Below are positions 30,288 to 45,374 of a stretch of 64,000 bases of DNA, piece by piece. Each line of letters opens with the position of its first letter. Within the stretch, counting starts at the first letter, position 1. The notes under the pieces were generated by a model. It saw only the letters and a list, made by a program, of their open reading frames with translations, ran no database searches and was not told the DNA's origin. Source of the DNA: Tubulanus polymorphus (lineage: Eukaryota > Animalia > Nemertea); the NCBI RefSeq assembly GCF_964204645.1, contig NC_134029.1, positions 3,658,001 to 3,722,000 on the forward strand, given 5' to 3'. The position numbers and the translations under genes were made by a program.

Positions 30288-33180
30288 GTCTTCCGTTTTT
30301 TCGCTTTTTATATGTTTGCCTTGTGTTTTACACAACCGCTTGTACCATGTCGCTTTGGTGGGAATCGCTCTCTACGTTAATGGACGCTGATTGAGGGTAA
30401 AATCTGATTACTTCGTCTAGTTACACTCGAGATCAGAGAGAAACTCGACGATCGAAAAACGTGCCCTGGTTAGTCTTACTGATTGTTCGTCACCCGGATC
30501 ATACTCGCCTGTGGTGGGCTCGATACCGCGACCGGTGGAGATCATGACCCGCGGTTCAATTCCTTCAATACCATCAGGAAAACATTGCTTCGTTAAATCC
30601 ATCCGGGCACTGTAGACGATAGTTTCAAAAATTGTGTATCTGTCAATGTAGTTTCTATACCAGATGACTCGGTTTAGGTGGTGAATGCAGGCGCCTCTTT
30701 TAATTTTATTGTTTATGGGTGAGACGGCAATCATTACGGTTACGATTCCAGATTCCACTGGGTATCGTTGCTTTACGATCAATGAAAAGTTCATGTGAAT
30801 AGGTTCCATTTTTACACGTCGTGTAAAAACAACCGTTGGGAAAATAAGTGTTGTAAAGAGCAAAATATACCGAACATTTGTATATGATTGAATTGGGCTG
30901 TTGGTGCCAATAGACTCATAAATTACTATAAAATGCATTTTCATTTTCTAAATGAAACGCGCCCGGATTTTATTACGAAGCTTTACAATTCCGTCCATCG
31001 ATCGACCGACTAACCAATCAGAAAACCCAACTTAGTCACGTGATATCGTAAGTAAAATGAAGAGGCATTTAAGTGTAATCAGTCGGATTACAATGAGAAC
31101 GATCATCACAGGGAATCGAGTTTTACAGCATGTTATATTGCTATGGTAAATCAAATTCTGAGATGATATTGCGCACGACAAATTGCTGTTTTTCTAAGCC
31201 ATGCTGGGTACATTAATGATACAGCACTATACGACCCTCTTGTGTCTGGAGTAAAAATAAATTGTTTTTCAACTTATTCAAATCCGAGTCATCGTTGCTT
31301 TGCCAACATAATAGACGTCGTCTTACGGGTTTGTGCTTTTCCACGTGACTACGCCATATTGGTGGTCAAATGATAAGTGATTCACATGACGCATACTCAA
31401 TGTTGTAAATTTCCCGATTATCTAAAGTATGCATGCCGAGTCTTCAGCACTGATTGGTTAAGAAACTATGACGTCACGTGCAAGATCTCTATATTTGAGC
31501 AAGACGTGTATACGACATTCTCTTTTGAGAGGTACATTGTACACCTGTTGCATTTTTGCTTCTCATGAAACGGCTATCATCGCCGCATCATGATAAACGA
31601 ATAGGAAATCCTGACAGAGCAACGCACGTGATAAATAAAAGAAAGATTTATCGTATAATCCACCATTGCGGACAGTCACCGAGCAACACACGCATTATTA
31701 ACGATGAGCACCAGTGTTCTATCTAGTACGCGCATTTCTCTCTTCCCTCGCGGGTGATAATTATATCATTGACAGATGTTTGTTTAGCTGACCATACATT
31801 TCATAATCCGTGTCCGCAGCCGTAGCCGCAATCATGCCACAAGTGATTAACAAAGCTAATTACCACGCGGAAACGTCGTTTACGAACACCGGAACGTTAA
31901 CAACAAATTGATTTCTGGGAATTCATTTTGTTTTGTTTTTTAGTTTGTTTTTCTCTTCATTGCATTATAGCTCTGGTTTTCACTTGTTTTTCAATCAAAC
32001 ACGATGCGCAAACTCTCTCGGGAGAAGTAACTTCGCTGCTGATTATATGCGGTCGAATGGATAATTGCTTCGTGGTTCGTTACAAGTAGTACGTATTTGT
32101 AGACAACTTCCAAAACAGATTTTCTTCATTCATGGCCAATAATGTCTTATAGGTCAAATGTGAAAATGAAAATTTCGTCGGCTTCACGATAAGAAGTCCT
32201 AATTTTCTACATCAAAGAAATCTCTTCGGGCTTCTGATTTTCAGTTAATTGCTCATAATGAATCATTCAAACGAAATCCGTAACCATGGGTAGAAAATAG
32301 AAACGCGGTAGTAAATTTCGTGCATTAAAACCTATTGACAATCATGCATGAACTGAAGAATTCGATAATCCTTATGAGCATGATTTGATATTTCTGAAAT
32401 TTCTCTCCGTGTTGTTGCTCGTCTTGTGCGCGTAGGCAGTGACAACTGGATTAATTCGATCTGTCAGCTGTCAATACGACTGTTTTCTCTTCTTTATAAC
32501 TTCAATTTTATCAATTTGGACCACACGATATGAGCGCTTGCGTTTAACGGCGGAAAATACAACGAAATAAAATGAATATTGCATTCACGTATTCGAAGGA
32601 GAAAATTTGTAAATTTCAAAACACTCAAATTCATCAATTCATCGCAGCAACAAATGCATATTTCATCGTCTTTGTTTAATGAAACGAAACGTTCTATTAT
32701 TGGCTCATTTTTATCATATGATAGACCTATGCTATTATTTCGTATATTTGCTGCGATTACTGGATCGCTTGGAGCGCATTTAACGGCTCAATGGTGCAAG
32801 GGGAATCATTGCTTCTGATAGCGCAGTTGACGGGTAGTAGCTTTACCACCGAGAACGTTACTAAATGATAATAATAATAATACATCGCTCTAGGTGTTAC
32901 GAGTATCATCGACTCAGAGTGGTTGAGAGTAGGTTTGATTTGTAAGAAAGCAGCTCTGTTCGACCGATGGACCGTGTTTGCGCTATTTGATCAATTAGAA
33001 TCGGTGGCGTACGCTCAGGATTCGGTGGTGTTTTCCGACGACAATATGCACGCGCCAGTGCGCTTACTATAAGCAATCGTCAGAATACTAATGGAAAACA
33101 ACGAAATAACAGTACACGCCATCGCCGACATTGATTTCAAAATAAGCTATTTGTAGATATTTGAAAAACGCGCGTTGAAT

Positions 33181-33209
33181 ATGGATAATACAACTATTTC
33201 AAATTCAAG
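33181..33209 (+). CDS. Putative first coding exon of the GPCR at 62472-63693
   Basis: ATG..MDNTTISNS followed by a strong AG|GTAAGA donor (phase 2); joins in frame to the acceptor at 62471; the N-glycosylation sequon is typical of GPCR N-termini. Confidence 0.65.
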
Positions 33210-36200
33210 GTAAGACGATGACACATTTATAATTCTGAAGAACCTCTTCCATCGTTTTGTTTTATTGTTTATTCTTTTTTACACTTGTAATAAGAAAATA
33301 ATCGAATAATTGAACTGTATACGCGGAGGTTTGTTTAAGCGATGAATATTTATTTTGTTATACATCGAACGCATGAACAGAATTTATTCGGTATCGAGAA
33401 CTCCGTCTGTAATCAAGTTACGAAGCGGTATTTGAAATGCTGCAGGCTTCGTCGTTTACATTCGTTCGCTTGGCTGTCTTTGGAGAAGAGCTCTGCAAAC
33501 ACGCAGAAAACACTGTATCTTTATTATGACTTACGCGGTTTCGTAAGAGAACGGTTCGTATTAACGAACGAAAGGGTTGATCAGCTTTAATCAACGGCAA
33601 AAAGTCTATCTATGTGTAGAAATAACCTCAAAACGCGTGAATCTGTTTATTTTGATTAAATCTTTCTAAAATGTAATTATAATCTCATACATACAAAACA
33701 CGCTTAATGAACCCAACATATCTTAATCTGTATCTGTATCGATTGTTCTTGATGAATTTTTCAAAACGAATTCTCACCGAAAACATAATTCCCGAACGAA
33801 TTCCGAATTTGAAAGCGACTATCACTCACGCAATTTCATTTTTAGGTAAAGACACTCTCGAGTGACGTTCTAATACACGTTCACTAATTGACCCGAGGGA
33901 CCGTTGTAAGTTGAACGAGACGGTAGCGATTCACGATCTAAGGTGGAATTGTACTTGTTTTTTATTTCGATGTCGGCAGTATATCGTCGATGACGTGCGT
34001 CGCTTATAGCTTTACACCCACACCGAGACCCGACGGTTGATTCGTCGAAAAAACCTGTCAGAAATAGATGCCACCGCGTGATGGTTCTCTTTGTGACGAT
34101 TTCAGTCGTGAACATATTTCACCCAGACTAACTATACAGTAACGATATATTGATGTCTCTGCAATGCACTAATGAAAGTTAGATTGTCCGTTGCGCGACC
34201 ATTAACTAGTCTTCTTCGGTGGTACATATCTAATTTTGCGGCCAACCACAACTTGACATATATATTCAGACTGGTGTTAATGGGTGGCTAACCATTGAAT
34301 AGACTTAGGTCTCATTCACACTTCGTTTCACCCTTTTCTTTTATATTCATCCAATATAAGACGCCTCAACTCCGCCACTAAAAGATTTTTCTTTCTCATT
34401 TGCATTGTGTCATTAGTGTCGAATTATCTTTGGTTTTATCGACGGCACGCAGTTGTTTTCTGATGAAAATCTCTCCGACGAAAATAATAAAGATCTGCCC
34501 GTTTTATCTCATCGTGGCTGGGATTCGTTATCGATGCATACATCGTTTGATAAACCGCCAATTACATATTCAAAAGCAGACGGTATAGTCGCCTGCGAAG
34601 AGATGCAGGGATAAAGAGTTAGTCTGCACAGAATAAGTCCAATTACATGTAGATTCGCTGAAGCGATGAATGCTCTCATTTTTCAATTTCATTTTTTCCC
34701 GAGAATGGATCGAGATGAAAATGTCAGCACCTCGAAACATAGTCTTTTCAAACGAGAGCCATTTGCGGCAACGGATATCTAAAACGCGCTTGCCATCATC
34801 AAAGGCCGTTCCGATATGAAATATTCGCCAGTGACGTCCTCGAGACATTTTTGGGCTCATTCCATATGTTACGTCTTATTCTTTAGAAAGATCAAGTCTG
34901 CATAGAAAGAAGGTTTTCTAAGATGTTGCTGCAATCTGTCTAAAATAAAGGTATTCGGTCGATATTTTTCAGCCAAAAATAGAAAATACGCGCACATACA
35001 AACACATCTCTCATATCAACATCATTGGACATATTCTACAGTGTTTCTATTAATCTCGTTCATTTGCAGTATTCATAGCCATTCGATCAAATAGAATCTC
35101 AATCTATCAATTAATTTGTGTCTAAAATATTCATAAAATGATAAGGATTTTTGGATATTTTCGAATGACGATAATTAATAAGATGAATTATTGAAACGCA
35201 AGTTTATGGGGCGTAACTTACGATAAAATTAATATAGTTCGCAATGATTGCATGTATGTATGCGGCGGAGGGATGGACGCTCAGGTACCTTAGTAATCTA
35301 TGTGCCCACTTTACCGATACTGAAGGCCACATTGAAGCCATCTTGTTTTCTCCAATCACCGGTAATTACAAATCAGGTTCGTTGAACCAGCGCCACGAAG
35401 GGTTTGGCATTATACACTAACTAAAAACTTAGCTGTAACGACGCTAGGACTTCCCCTGCAAGCACGAACTGAGCTAATAATAAGCGGAGAAGGTCCGTTT
35501 CTACAACGAAATGAATGACTAAGTCATAAAATATCCATTGATGTGGAGAAATTGATATTGAAATAGCCAATGGGCACCGCAGAAAACATGTACTAATGAA
35601 GGATCATTTTCTCGACTCAACGCGTGGCGAAACAGAAGGTATACCATCGTAAGAAAATGACTTGTGCTTCTACATATTCGGAAAAATCAAAATATACATG
35701 AATGTTATGATACAAATTCAATTTGATTCCAAACGATTTGACACGTCTACCGGTAAAGATATGCTTCCGCTGACTTCCTCATTCGATCAACGGCTCGTGA
35801 TATCGCGGAGATTTCAATTTGTTTCGTTACGTACGTATACAATTCGCACCTGCCCGTAAAGTGTTCCTCGGGGCATCGTTTACGTCACAGCAGTGAGGAA
35901 AAAACCGAATGATCAAAAAGCAGGCTCAGAGGTGTATCGTTAGCATTTTTTGGGAATAGGGGAGATAGAGATAGATGTAGTTGTAGAAGTGCTAAGTTTT
36001 ATGAGCCACTGTCTAATAGTGATGAAGAAAACCTAATTGTATACATGATGGGACGGAGACGTATTGCGTTAATCCGAGGCAAGTAGAAAGATTTTCCTAT
36101 AAAATCCTTTTGCAGTAAAAGCCTGATATTTTGCTAACGAAATGATTTACAGAATGTACGTGAAACGATTAGCCCGAATGACTGCAGTTTACAGTTTTCT

Positions 36201-39200
36201 TCGCATTATCACGGAGCGAATTAATGAAATATCGATAATAGGAAAAAGCTGGTATAACATTCCTAGTCTTTAATGTCAATGGCATAATAAAGTAGCATCA
36301 TGCTGTCATTGACGGTGGCGAGGAAATGTTTGTCATGATACCCCTTTCCGGTACAGCACCTACGGTTACATTCAGCCTGACCGCAAATATGTAGAGAATA
36401 TCCTGAAGGCCAGGGGTTGGTACTTTTCAGTGTACGATAAAGAAATCCAAGAAAGTTCGCTGTATTTCAGCGATCTCTGCCCTTAGTACATCTAATAAAG
36501 AAGATTTGGGCAATAAATCATTATAAAATGATTATGATCTTTTAGATCCGTCAAAGTGACGTTTATATTTTGTGATATGATTTACTGCATTGATTTCAAT
36601 GTGTTCTAAAAGCAATTTTCAAAACCTGAGTTGATTTGTCAGGTGGTTGATTCGATCGCAATAGGAAGAGGTAGCATGATTCATGATTCTATATCAAATG
36701 TGAATAAAGCCAGCTTTTCTTAACGATAAGTGGAATTTTCGGTAGATCACGAGCAACAGCAGCGAAAAGTTCGAATAAAAATGTGAACTTCGAAGGGAAT
36801 AATGTATACGTCACCCAGCGGAAAAGAAACTTGAGAAACCGTTGTTTTAGCAAATTGCTTCGTAATATGTTTCATGTGCTTTAAAATCAATCGAACCAGC
36901 AATACGATTTCCCCGAGGAAGTCTATGCGAGAGGAAGGCGGTCACTTCGAAATACATGAAGTTATACATACTTGCATACTCACGTGTATGTTGGACGTAC
37001 TGAATCTAAACGTTGATTATCAGCTTTATGAGAAAAAATTAATATACATTTCTATGTTCGGTACTTAGAACGTTTTGTTTCTTTCCAACGGAAAAAACCA
37101 TCTTCAGCGTATGCGATGATTTCTATTGGGTTCTTAACCGAGAGATTACTATCGGTGTGTGATAGATTTGATCAGTAAAAACAACCTATCCTCGGGCTAT
37201 TTCGACAATTGAATCATATGCCTAACTGCCTTGAAATTGGATTTATGAATTGTAGCAAGGCGAGCGAGCCTTTTCGCTTTTCATTATTGCATTAAACTCT
37301 TTTAGTTTCACGTGAGACAAATCAAATTAGAACGCGTTTTCACGTCGTTTCCTACAAACACTGACCGCATCTTGTTCGATCTCTTCGTTACGAAAAAAGA
37401 TCTACGAATATCGCATGTTTCCGTAATAAAATTACAGCCGTACTGAGGCGTGCGTAAACACTGCGAACTAATCAAAAAGTTTGAAAAGGTTTTTGATTAG
37501 TTTCTCGTAATACTCGTACAATGAATTCCCCATTTCGCGTGTGGGAGCTTCAACGTAAATAATCGGGATGGCGATATTATTGGCTTTTTCAAAAAATGTG
37601 TGTGCGAGTAGATCAATTATTTATCCGATCCTTATTCTCGTTCGCTGGAAAGATATTCCAACGACAAAATCAACGCTTTTCTGTCATTATTTCCATCGTC
37701 TTAAACGAGTCCGTTAATGGTTTCATTAAGTCCAAGGTTGTCGGGCATATACGCATTCAAGAAAGGATGCGTCTTGCGCAATTTAACGGAATTTAATAAT
37801 GAAATAACTGAAAATAACGTGTAGGTGCCGTCAGTGATATCACGACGACATATGGATACCAATGATATTTCTATTTACGAAGCAAATTTACACACGAAGA
37901 AGCTTCAGTTTCTGGACGATAGCTTCAGTGATAAATGCGATGGCTGAAATGGATGTGGAATTAGCTGATCGGTCGGCGCTGATCTCGAACTCCACGCTGA
38001 TAAACCGCGATAAAACGGGTTCACGCTCTCATGTGTAAATATGTAAGCGGGGCTGATCGACTCGTGTTAAACCCCTGTATCAAACTGATAATAGACTGAT
38101 AATTATCACACCTCAGCCGCTGTACGGACCGCAGATTCACAGACAGAGGCGATATCTCAATTTCCTAGAAACCTGTGTGGAATTCACGCTTTAACTATTC
38201 TATCGAGAGGTAACGCTAATTGAACGCCTTCGATGGCTTCCAGATAGATTTGTGCACGTAACGAACCCTCTAAACCGATATTTTCCGAGAACCCATAATG
38301 AAATGGTTTAATTTTGCAATTCAAAGATTTTTAAATTCTTTATTGGACGAGTAGCGGTTAATACATAGCTGAAAGCTTATAAGATTAAGATTAATTTTCA
38401 ACTTTTATCGTCAACGAATTTCTTGCCTTTATTTCATTTGCTTTCACGTAGGCCTACGCGCACAGGTTAAGGCTCAGTGTTGATGGAACGTATTTCCACA
38501 AATCAGACTGCGCCGTATTTGCCTATCGACATTTTCGATCTCATAAAACGCGAATCGTGTGAGCTAGGTCATCGCACCGTGTTAACCACCGTGTTAAGAC
38601 TTCAATTCGAATCGAATCTTGCTCGAGCGACGTTGAGCTGGCAAATCAATTTCGCGCACAAAAACGGCACCGCTGTTGTCATGATCGCGTCACGATAGCT
38701 TATAGACGGTGGAAATATTCGATTCTAAGTATCTTTCAAATCACGTCGAATAGAGTTTGAAGGTTGGTAACGAGTGAATCGATTTAAAGACAGTGTACAG
38801 ACACGGTGTTCTGGAGCCGAGATCAAAAAAGAAGATTTTTTTCTTATAATCACTGATGATCATAAGAAAATTACCATGCAAGTAGGGAACAATGAAGGGA
38901 TTTTTGGTGGATCTCTGATAAAAGAAATGGTCGATTTTTTCTGATCCCTTCATTCTGTTCCCATCGGTATCGGCTATTTCCGTGCATGACGTTCTCCTTT
39001 ACCGTACAATATTGGCATAGTAAGGAGCGTTCTATGGTCTCCCGAGCACTCTGCTCAACAGCTCAACGTCGTCATATAAGCTTCCCCCGTGGGCTACTTT
39101 ATCAGTGGCCATGCATCAATTCTTGCTACTAATTTCAACTGAAACACTGATAGATGACAACCACAGGGAAATGAATCCATCTAATGCAAGTCGTCACCAG

Positions 39201-42087
39201 TAAGGTTTTCTAGCTTCCCCTTTCATCTGTCGGGAGCTAAGCGCGCCGTTGCTTCTCTTCTTTTAATTCTGTCCATGGTCCGGGTTTTTGCTCGGACTTG
39301 TAGAGAGAACGGAAGCTCGTACTTCGTTTGTAGTTCCATTCAATTCGGACGACAAACGATGGTATTGATATATTTTTCTTCAGATTTGTAGAAGTTTTGT
39401 CAACGAGGATCGTTCGCAAAAAGCCAAAAAGAAACCGAATGATCACTCATCCTTTGACGATCTAGCTGCTATAGCAGTAAACAAACGTGAGCTGCATAAA
39501 AACGTCCGTGCAGACCCGGGTTTTTATTTGCTGTCGGTTTTATTTGATCGCATCTAAAACTAATTTCTGAAGGGCTTTTGGACAATTGCTGCGACAAATC
39601 TCTTGATCCTTTTACTTCCGAGTCGGTTATAGCAAACACGAGAGTCATATTTTTTTTAGTTACGATGGTAGATACAAGAATGATCCGTTTGAACTACATT
39701 TGAACTACATGAACTAATTCATTTAGTAATTATATATTTCTATATACCTAGATAATGCAGCCTGGCGTAAATTTCAGACACCGATGTTAAGTTGAATACG
39801 ACGTCGGTTAACACTGTTGGAAGGAAAAACTATTTTGCAATAATCCAAGTCAAATCTATGACCATAAGTTTCCCAAACATGGGCACCGACGGCACTTAGG
39901 GTTTCTGGTTAATGATTTCTTAAAACGTTTTAGTTTTTCTTTGTAGGTTAGTTGACACTAGCGACAGATTTGGTGGAAGACGGGAACGATTGTTTAATGA
40001 TGATAATAATAACAATTATAATAACAATGATAATAATAATAATTCATTTCCACAATAAATAACAACATGCCATTAAACCTAGAATATCATAGAAAACGAG
40101 TTGTGAGACGTATTGTGAGACGCCGAGATGCTAAAACAACGGCAAATGTTGCCCAACACTCTCCTTTGAGGTGACGATGATTGATGTAAAATAAACTCGT
40201 CTATACCGAATCGTAGTTCTGAATGACGAGATCTAATTATATACGCGCGCGTTTCTGAACGATGAATGTCCATCGTGCAACTTCTATCTCATCATCGCTT
40301 TTACTTGTTATTATTTCATTTTCTCGCCGAGTTTTTTTCTATCGTCTCAGAGCGCAGCGTGTCTGACAGCCTCGTAGGAGACACGCATCCGCTACAGAGG
40401 CGGGTCATCACTTTGTCCGACTAATGCAATTTGTTTCTGCGATACAAAGTTCGACGACGATGCGTTCTATTTTTCCATTACGATATTTTTTATATTATCG
40501 GAACAATATTCGCCAATAGCGGGTATTATTTGCTCATTTTATCAATATTGTGTTGGGATCAGGCTGAGCGGTGATTAGGAGCGGATTTAAGGCAGGGCTT
40601 TTTGGCTTATGAATTCATTGTTATAATAGCTTACGAGCGTCGCGAATCCCATTATCATCTCGAAAGTCGCGACCTTAAATTTGAATGGAAATGCGTCAAA
40701 ATTATTGTAGGTTAAAAATGTGAATTTGCAAAAATTGAGAGAATTTCAACCCCTTTCTTTCGTTCTTTGGTGACGTAATGATTATTTGCATGACAGATGA
40801 TCAAAAACTGATGATCATACTCGTAATCCTTTGATATGTACGTATTAGCGGCTTTGTCAGAAACAGCGAACAAAACTTAATTCTTGAAATGTCCTAATTT
40901 TCACGTTATATGATGCTTGACAGAATAACCGTTGAGTTTCCCACTATTTGACCTCTGAAGAATCAGGTGAACTTCTGACTCTTTGAAACCGCGGCGTTGA
41001 CATTATACGTTCAGCATTTTGGGACATATCACATGGCCTACTTAGCGTTCTCTCATAATCTTCTTAGAAGCAAATGTCAAAAGATATTTCACAATGACAT
41101 TGTTGATTTTACGTTGAGCCACCATTGTGCGTGTGACCCCCTACTTGCTAGCCTATCTATAACTATAAAACAGAAATCTCTTTGAATTCACGTAGGAATC
41201 TAATGCAACATTCAAATTTCAAATGGAGATGATATTTCTATCTTGATTTATTCTTCACGCGTTACCGACGTGGATCTTTTTTCAGCGAAATTTGATCGGC
41301 TCGCAGCTCCTGCAGGTGAAATTTGCGCACAAACCATCTCATATTCAATGTTAAAATTCACGTTTACGAATTCTTTTTTGAATAAAACATGAATCGATGA
41401 ATGAATTCATGCATCGGTTTTCTCAATGACGATCGTAAGAGTGCGCCAAGCAAGCCGCAGTTAATCCTGACTGATATCGTGCTTAATCAACATGGACGAT
41501 TAAATCTGCATTTCCGGCGTATAATTAAACGGAAAGTTGCGATGAAGAACAGTCATTTTTTCGGAGCTTCGATTTTTCATTGTATTTTTCGTGCCTCTGA
41601 GGACGATGTACAAGAAAAAATGTGACGACGTATACAGGTGATGTGCCTGACGTCATTAGAGGAACACCACACCAGTTATCCCGCCAGACGCAGTCTTGTA
41701 TGGAAGCCCTGAAACGACATAACTAGTAACGTTTTCCGAATTACGACTAACGATTTATTATCAATCACTTTGAACTGAATTTTGGGCTCCCGTATCCAAA
41801 CCATACGTTATCACAGGATCCATCAAATAAACATTGAATTCATGTTTGGTATCTTTACATTTATGATTGATTTGAGAGTAAAATTCATTCGGTTCAATTG
41901 AAATGTGGAAGAAATTGAACGCATACGGATGACCGAGTAAAGACCGGCGAACCTGGTGGATCATTACTTGCCAGAGGCGGAATCCTGGATTGCCGCAGTA
42001 TCGTTGAAGTTATAAGTCACAGTTGACTTCCGTTTGACTAGCAATATCACGTGTTGACATCCATCCATTACCTCGATACAGTTGGAC

Positions 42088-42118
42088 AAGGGAAGTGTAA
42101 TGAGATTACACTTCCCTG
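42088..42118. mobile_element. 31-bp hairpin with 7-bp flanking direct repeat (micro-MITE or footprint)
   Basis: agggaagtgtaat-gag-attacacttccct; gttggac at 42081-42087 and 42119-42125. Confidence 0.65.
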
Positions 42119-45100
42119 GTTGGACGCAGTTACGGTATACTTGGAGATAGTGTATTCATTCTTACACCTATAATGTTTAGTGTTAATACGTCAGCGGTAT
42201 GTTTACATACAAACAGCTTTGAAATCCATGGTCTTCTCGTTGATTAGTGCGATTGCATAGCTAATTAAGCAGATTCTTAACCGGAATAACATGCAATTAT
42301 GCAATTATACGTTACGCTCGTAAATAGGCTTCTATATAGTCTAGCACGTTGGAGTGATTTAAGGGGGTGAAGACAGGTTTTCCGTTTTTACGAGACATTG
42401 CCGAAAATACGTGGTGTTGAACAATTGATTTAATGGAAGACTACATATTTCAATACAAATCCGGCACATTAACCATGAGAGAATAAGCACCTGTAGTAAG
42501 GATTAGTCGCATTGAGTGACCGTCAGCAGTGCAGATTCTACTGATAAGTTGATATGTAAAAAGCTACTCCTTATCGGAGTAGGTTTAGAGTTTATTCTCT
42601 GTTGTCGCCATATTCTCCTTACTCAAACCATTCCCTGTACGGTGTACGTGCCATACTGCGGATATCAAGTGTCAACAGGTCTCCCTACATCAGTCACTGC
42701 GGAGTCGTTGTTCGTCACATCATCCATTCTGTTGATAATATCTCATCAAACCTGACCCTAGATCACCAGTGATCTGTCCATTACTACGGTGTCGACCATC
42801 AATCTTCTAAATCAGCTAGAGTCAGATAGGCACCAGACATTGGCACCGTCACGGTTGCAAATTGAGCCGGCTCGACTATGAGATAAAACGATTTCATAAA
42901 TCACGCTCAGTGCAATTTATCATAGAACTATGAAGTCTTTGAATAATTCAAAAATTCCATTTTCATATAAAGTTAATTCACCTGACATTACAACGCGTCA
43001 CATTGGGCGTTTAGTGCTAGCTGCTGCTGAAGTAACAAGAAAACTAACTGAAAGTTTATTGGCGCCTTGAAAAAATAACACATATATTGCACATTAATTA
43101 TATGATGTTGAGGATCAATAAATTTATTTTGGATTTGAATATTAGATAATTGAATTGAATTGAATTGAATTGACCACTAACCAGTCTTGCCCCGATATAT
43201 TGATGACGTATTGCGCATCCTCCAAACATAATCATCAAAATTTATCAAAAACAAATAAGAGTTTTGGAATATATCTAATTAATTAAATAAACACCAAAAT
43301 TGTAATTGTAATTTTGAAACGCCAATATCGATGACGTAGTGCACATCGAATCACACACGCATACGATAAACATAATTGTAACGGTTTTTACGGCGTCAAA
43401 AAAACCCAGAAAGTCGAAACCCGATCGCCCTATCAAAATCTATTTGAATTTCATGGCCAAGGAAATTGTTAGCATTTTTTTCTCACAGTAGATTCATTCT
43501 TGTTCGATTTTTGTCAGTGTTTGACTCAAACGTAAAATACAAACGTTTAAAACACAAAGGGGAAAATTCAATTCAATTCGATCTGTTATTGAAGGAGTTA
43601 TGTTTTCCAGAATTGGATGGAGCGCAATTTTTACCTTTTTAGTGTCTTCATAGTGGGCGAGATCAAGTTCAAGGTTATACAAATAGATAGTCGCAGATCT
43701 AGGTATTTTCTTGCCCTTTGTCATGATGGCAAATTCGTATTGTCTTTGGAAATCAAAAAAAAGCTTTTATCCCATAAAGCCGAACCAGACTGTTTCGGAT
43801 TTTTTTCGTCAAGCAAACTTCAAAAGCAGATATTTTTTCAATATCCGAGTCAACTTGACCACCATTTATAAACTATCATCTGAGGACATGTGGCTTTTGT
43901 ATCACGCATAAAACGCTTTCTATCAAGGGGAAAACACCTATCAGCTTTAGAAGCCATTGATGTTTGGAATAAAGGGGTGGGAAAGACGTTGCGAACTTAT
44001 TCCGCAAATATATATACATATACTATACATGCATATTTTACATTAACGTTATTAACGACACATCGCGGAAGTTAATCACTTAAGAGCTTGCATTTACCAA
44101 AGCATTCTGTGAAGCAAAACAATCTAATGGAATAATTGAGGTGCTTCGAACCCTCAGAAATTCACCATAGCAAAAACATCGCTCAAATATTTGAACCAAG
44201 TACTTTTACGCCCGAGGTCACCAGTAGTTTTGCATTGATGATAAATCATCATGAGATTTTAGTTAGGATCATTTTATCATGTTTTGTATCTAGATATTAT
44301 TCTGTATGAGCACAAGATTCAATTTAGCTGAACGGCAAATATCAGCACTGATAATCATTGATAAATGCGACTTACGGAGACGTTTCGGTTGGGAGAAATT
44401 GAACGCACAGCTTAGCTTACTTATATTTATTCGGGTGCAATGTAAACACTGCGGGAAATAGCAATTCATCAAAAAGAAACAATTCGTATAATCCGAATGA
44501 GACAAATTCGTATTATGGCGTGACTATTGCTATGTCGTTCGTCTTTTCACGTAGTATTTACCCATTTCACCAGACAATATCTTTCGCTATTTGCACATCT
44601 ACTTATCGGCTTCACGAATATCATATGACTTTCGGGGCTGATCTTTTATTAAAACTCAGCTTGCCACATGCTCATCTCGTTCGGTTTAGTGCCAGCTTTA
44701 AGAAGGTATCCAAATGTGCGCTCCCAAAAACGTATTAATGGTCTCATATCCACGAAAGAAAGCTATTAGTTCAAAATGCGATTGGTTGAGTGCTTAACCG
44801 CCATTTTAGTCAAAAACATTGCTTAGAGACGCGGTTGAATTGTTTTTGTTCATTCTACGATATCGTGACTTCGTCAATCCTAGCATCTCATCCGTCAATC
44901 CGGTAAAAGTGAATCTAATGGGAAAACCTGCTTCGCAATCAAACAAATTATTTCAGTTGGTGGTTTCGGTTTTCGTTGTGAGACGGTTTTCAATTTACGC
45001 TTTTTCCGAATCACGGAACTCGGGAAGTTAATGAGTAAATGTATGGGCTTATTTACAATGAATGATCTCACGTTTATATATCGGTCGGTTAATTTTGCTC

Positions 45101-45242
45101 ATCCAGCAAGAGAAAAATCTCCTCTCTCAATATAGGCATTGATTTGTTATAGATTTCATATGTTTTTCATCGTTTTTGTAAATACTTCTATATCAGGCGA
45201 GTTTCAACCAGTCACTAAGACGAGATGATACACAATAACCGT

Positions 45243-45374
45243 GTAAGAAAAATCCCACAATAATTTCAGTACGCCTGATCATGGTCTATAAGCCGAAACG
45301 TTGTTCAAATTTTATACGCTTTTACCCAAGAACTTAACATCTTTGGCTAAATTTTTGTGGGATTTCTCTCGTAC
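45243..45374. repeat. Inverted repeat with decayed hammerhead motif, Penelope-like remnant
   Basis: gtaagaaaaatcccacaa ... ttgtgggatttctctcgtac enclosing cCTGATCAtgg-tctataag-ccGAAACgttg (45274-45303). Confidence 0.5.

Noticed and set aside
32910-32970. Possible tRNA or tRNA-derived SINE (agtgg ... gttcga)
   Set aside because: Only weak A/B-box similarity; no cloverleaf can be formed.
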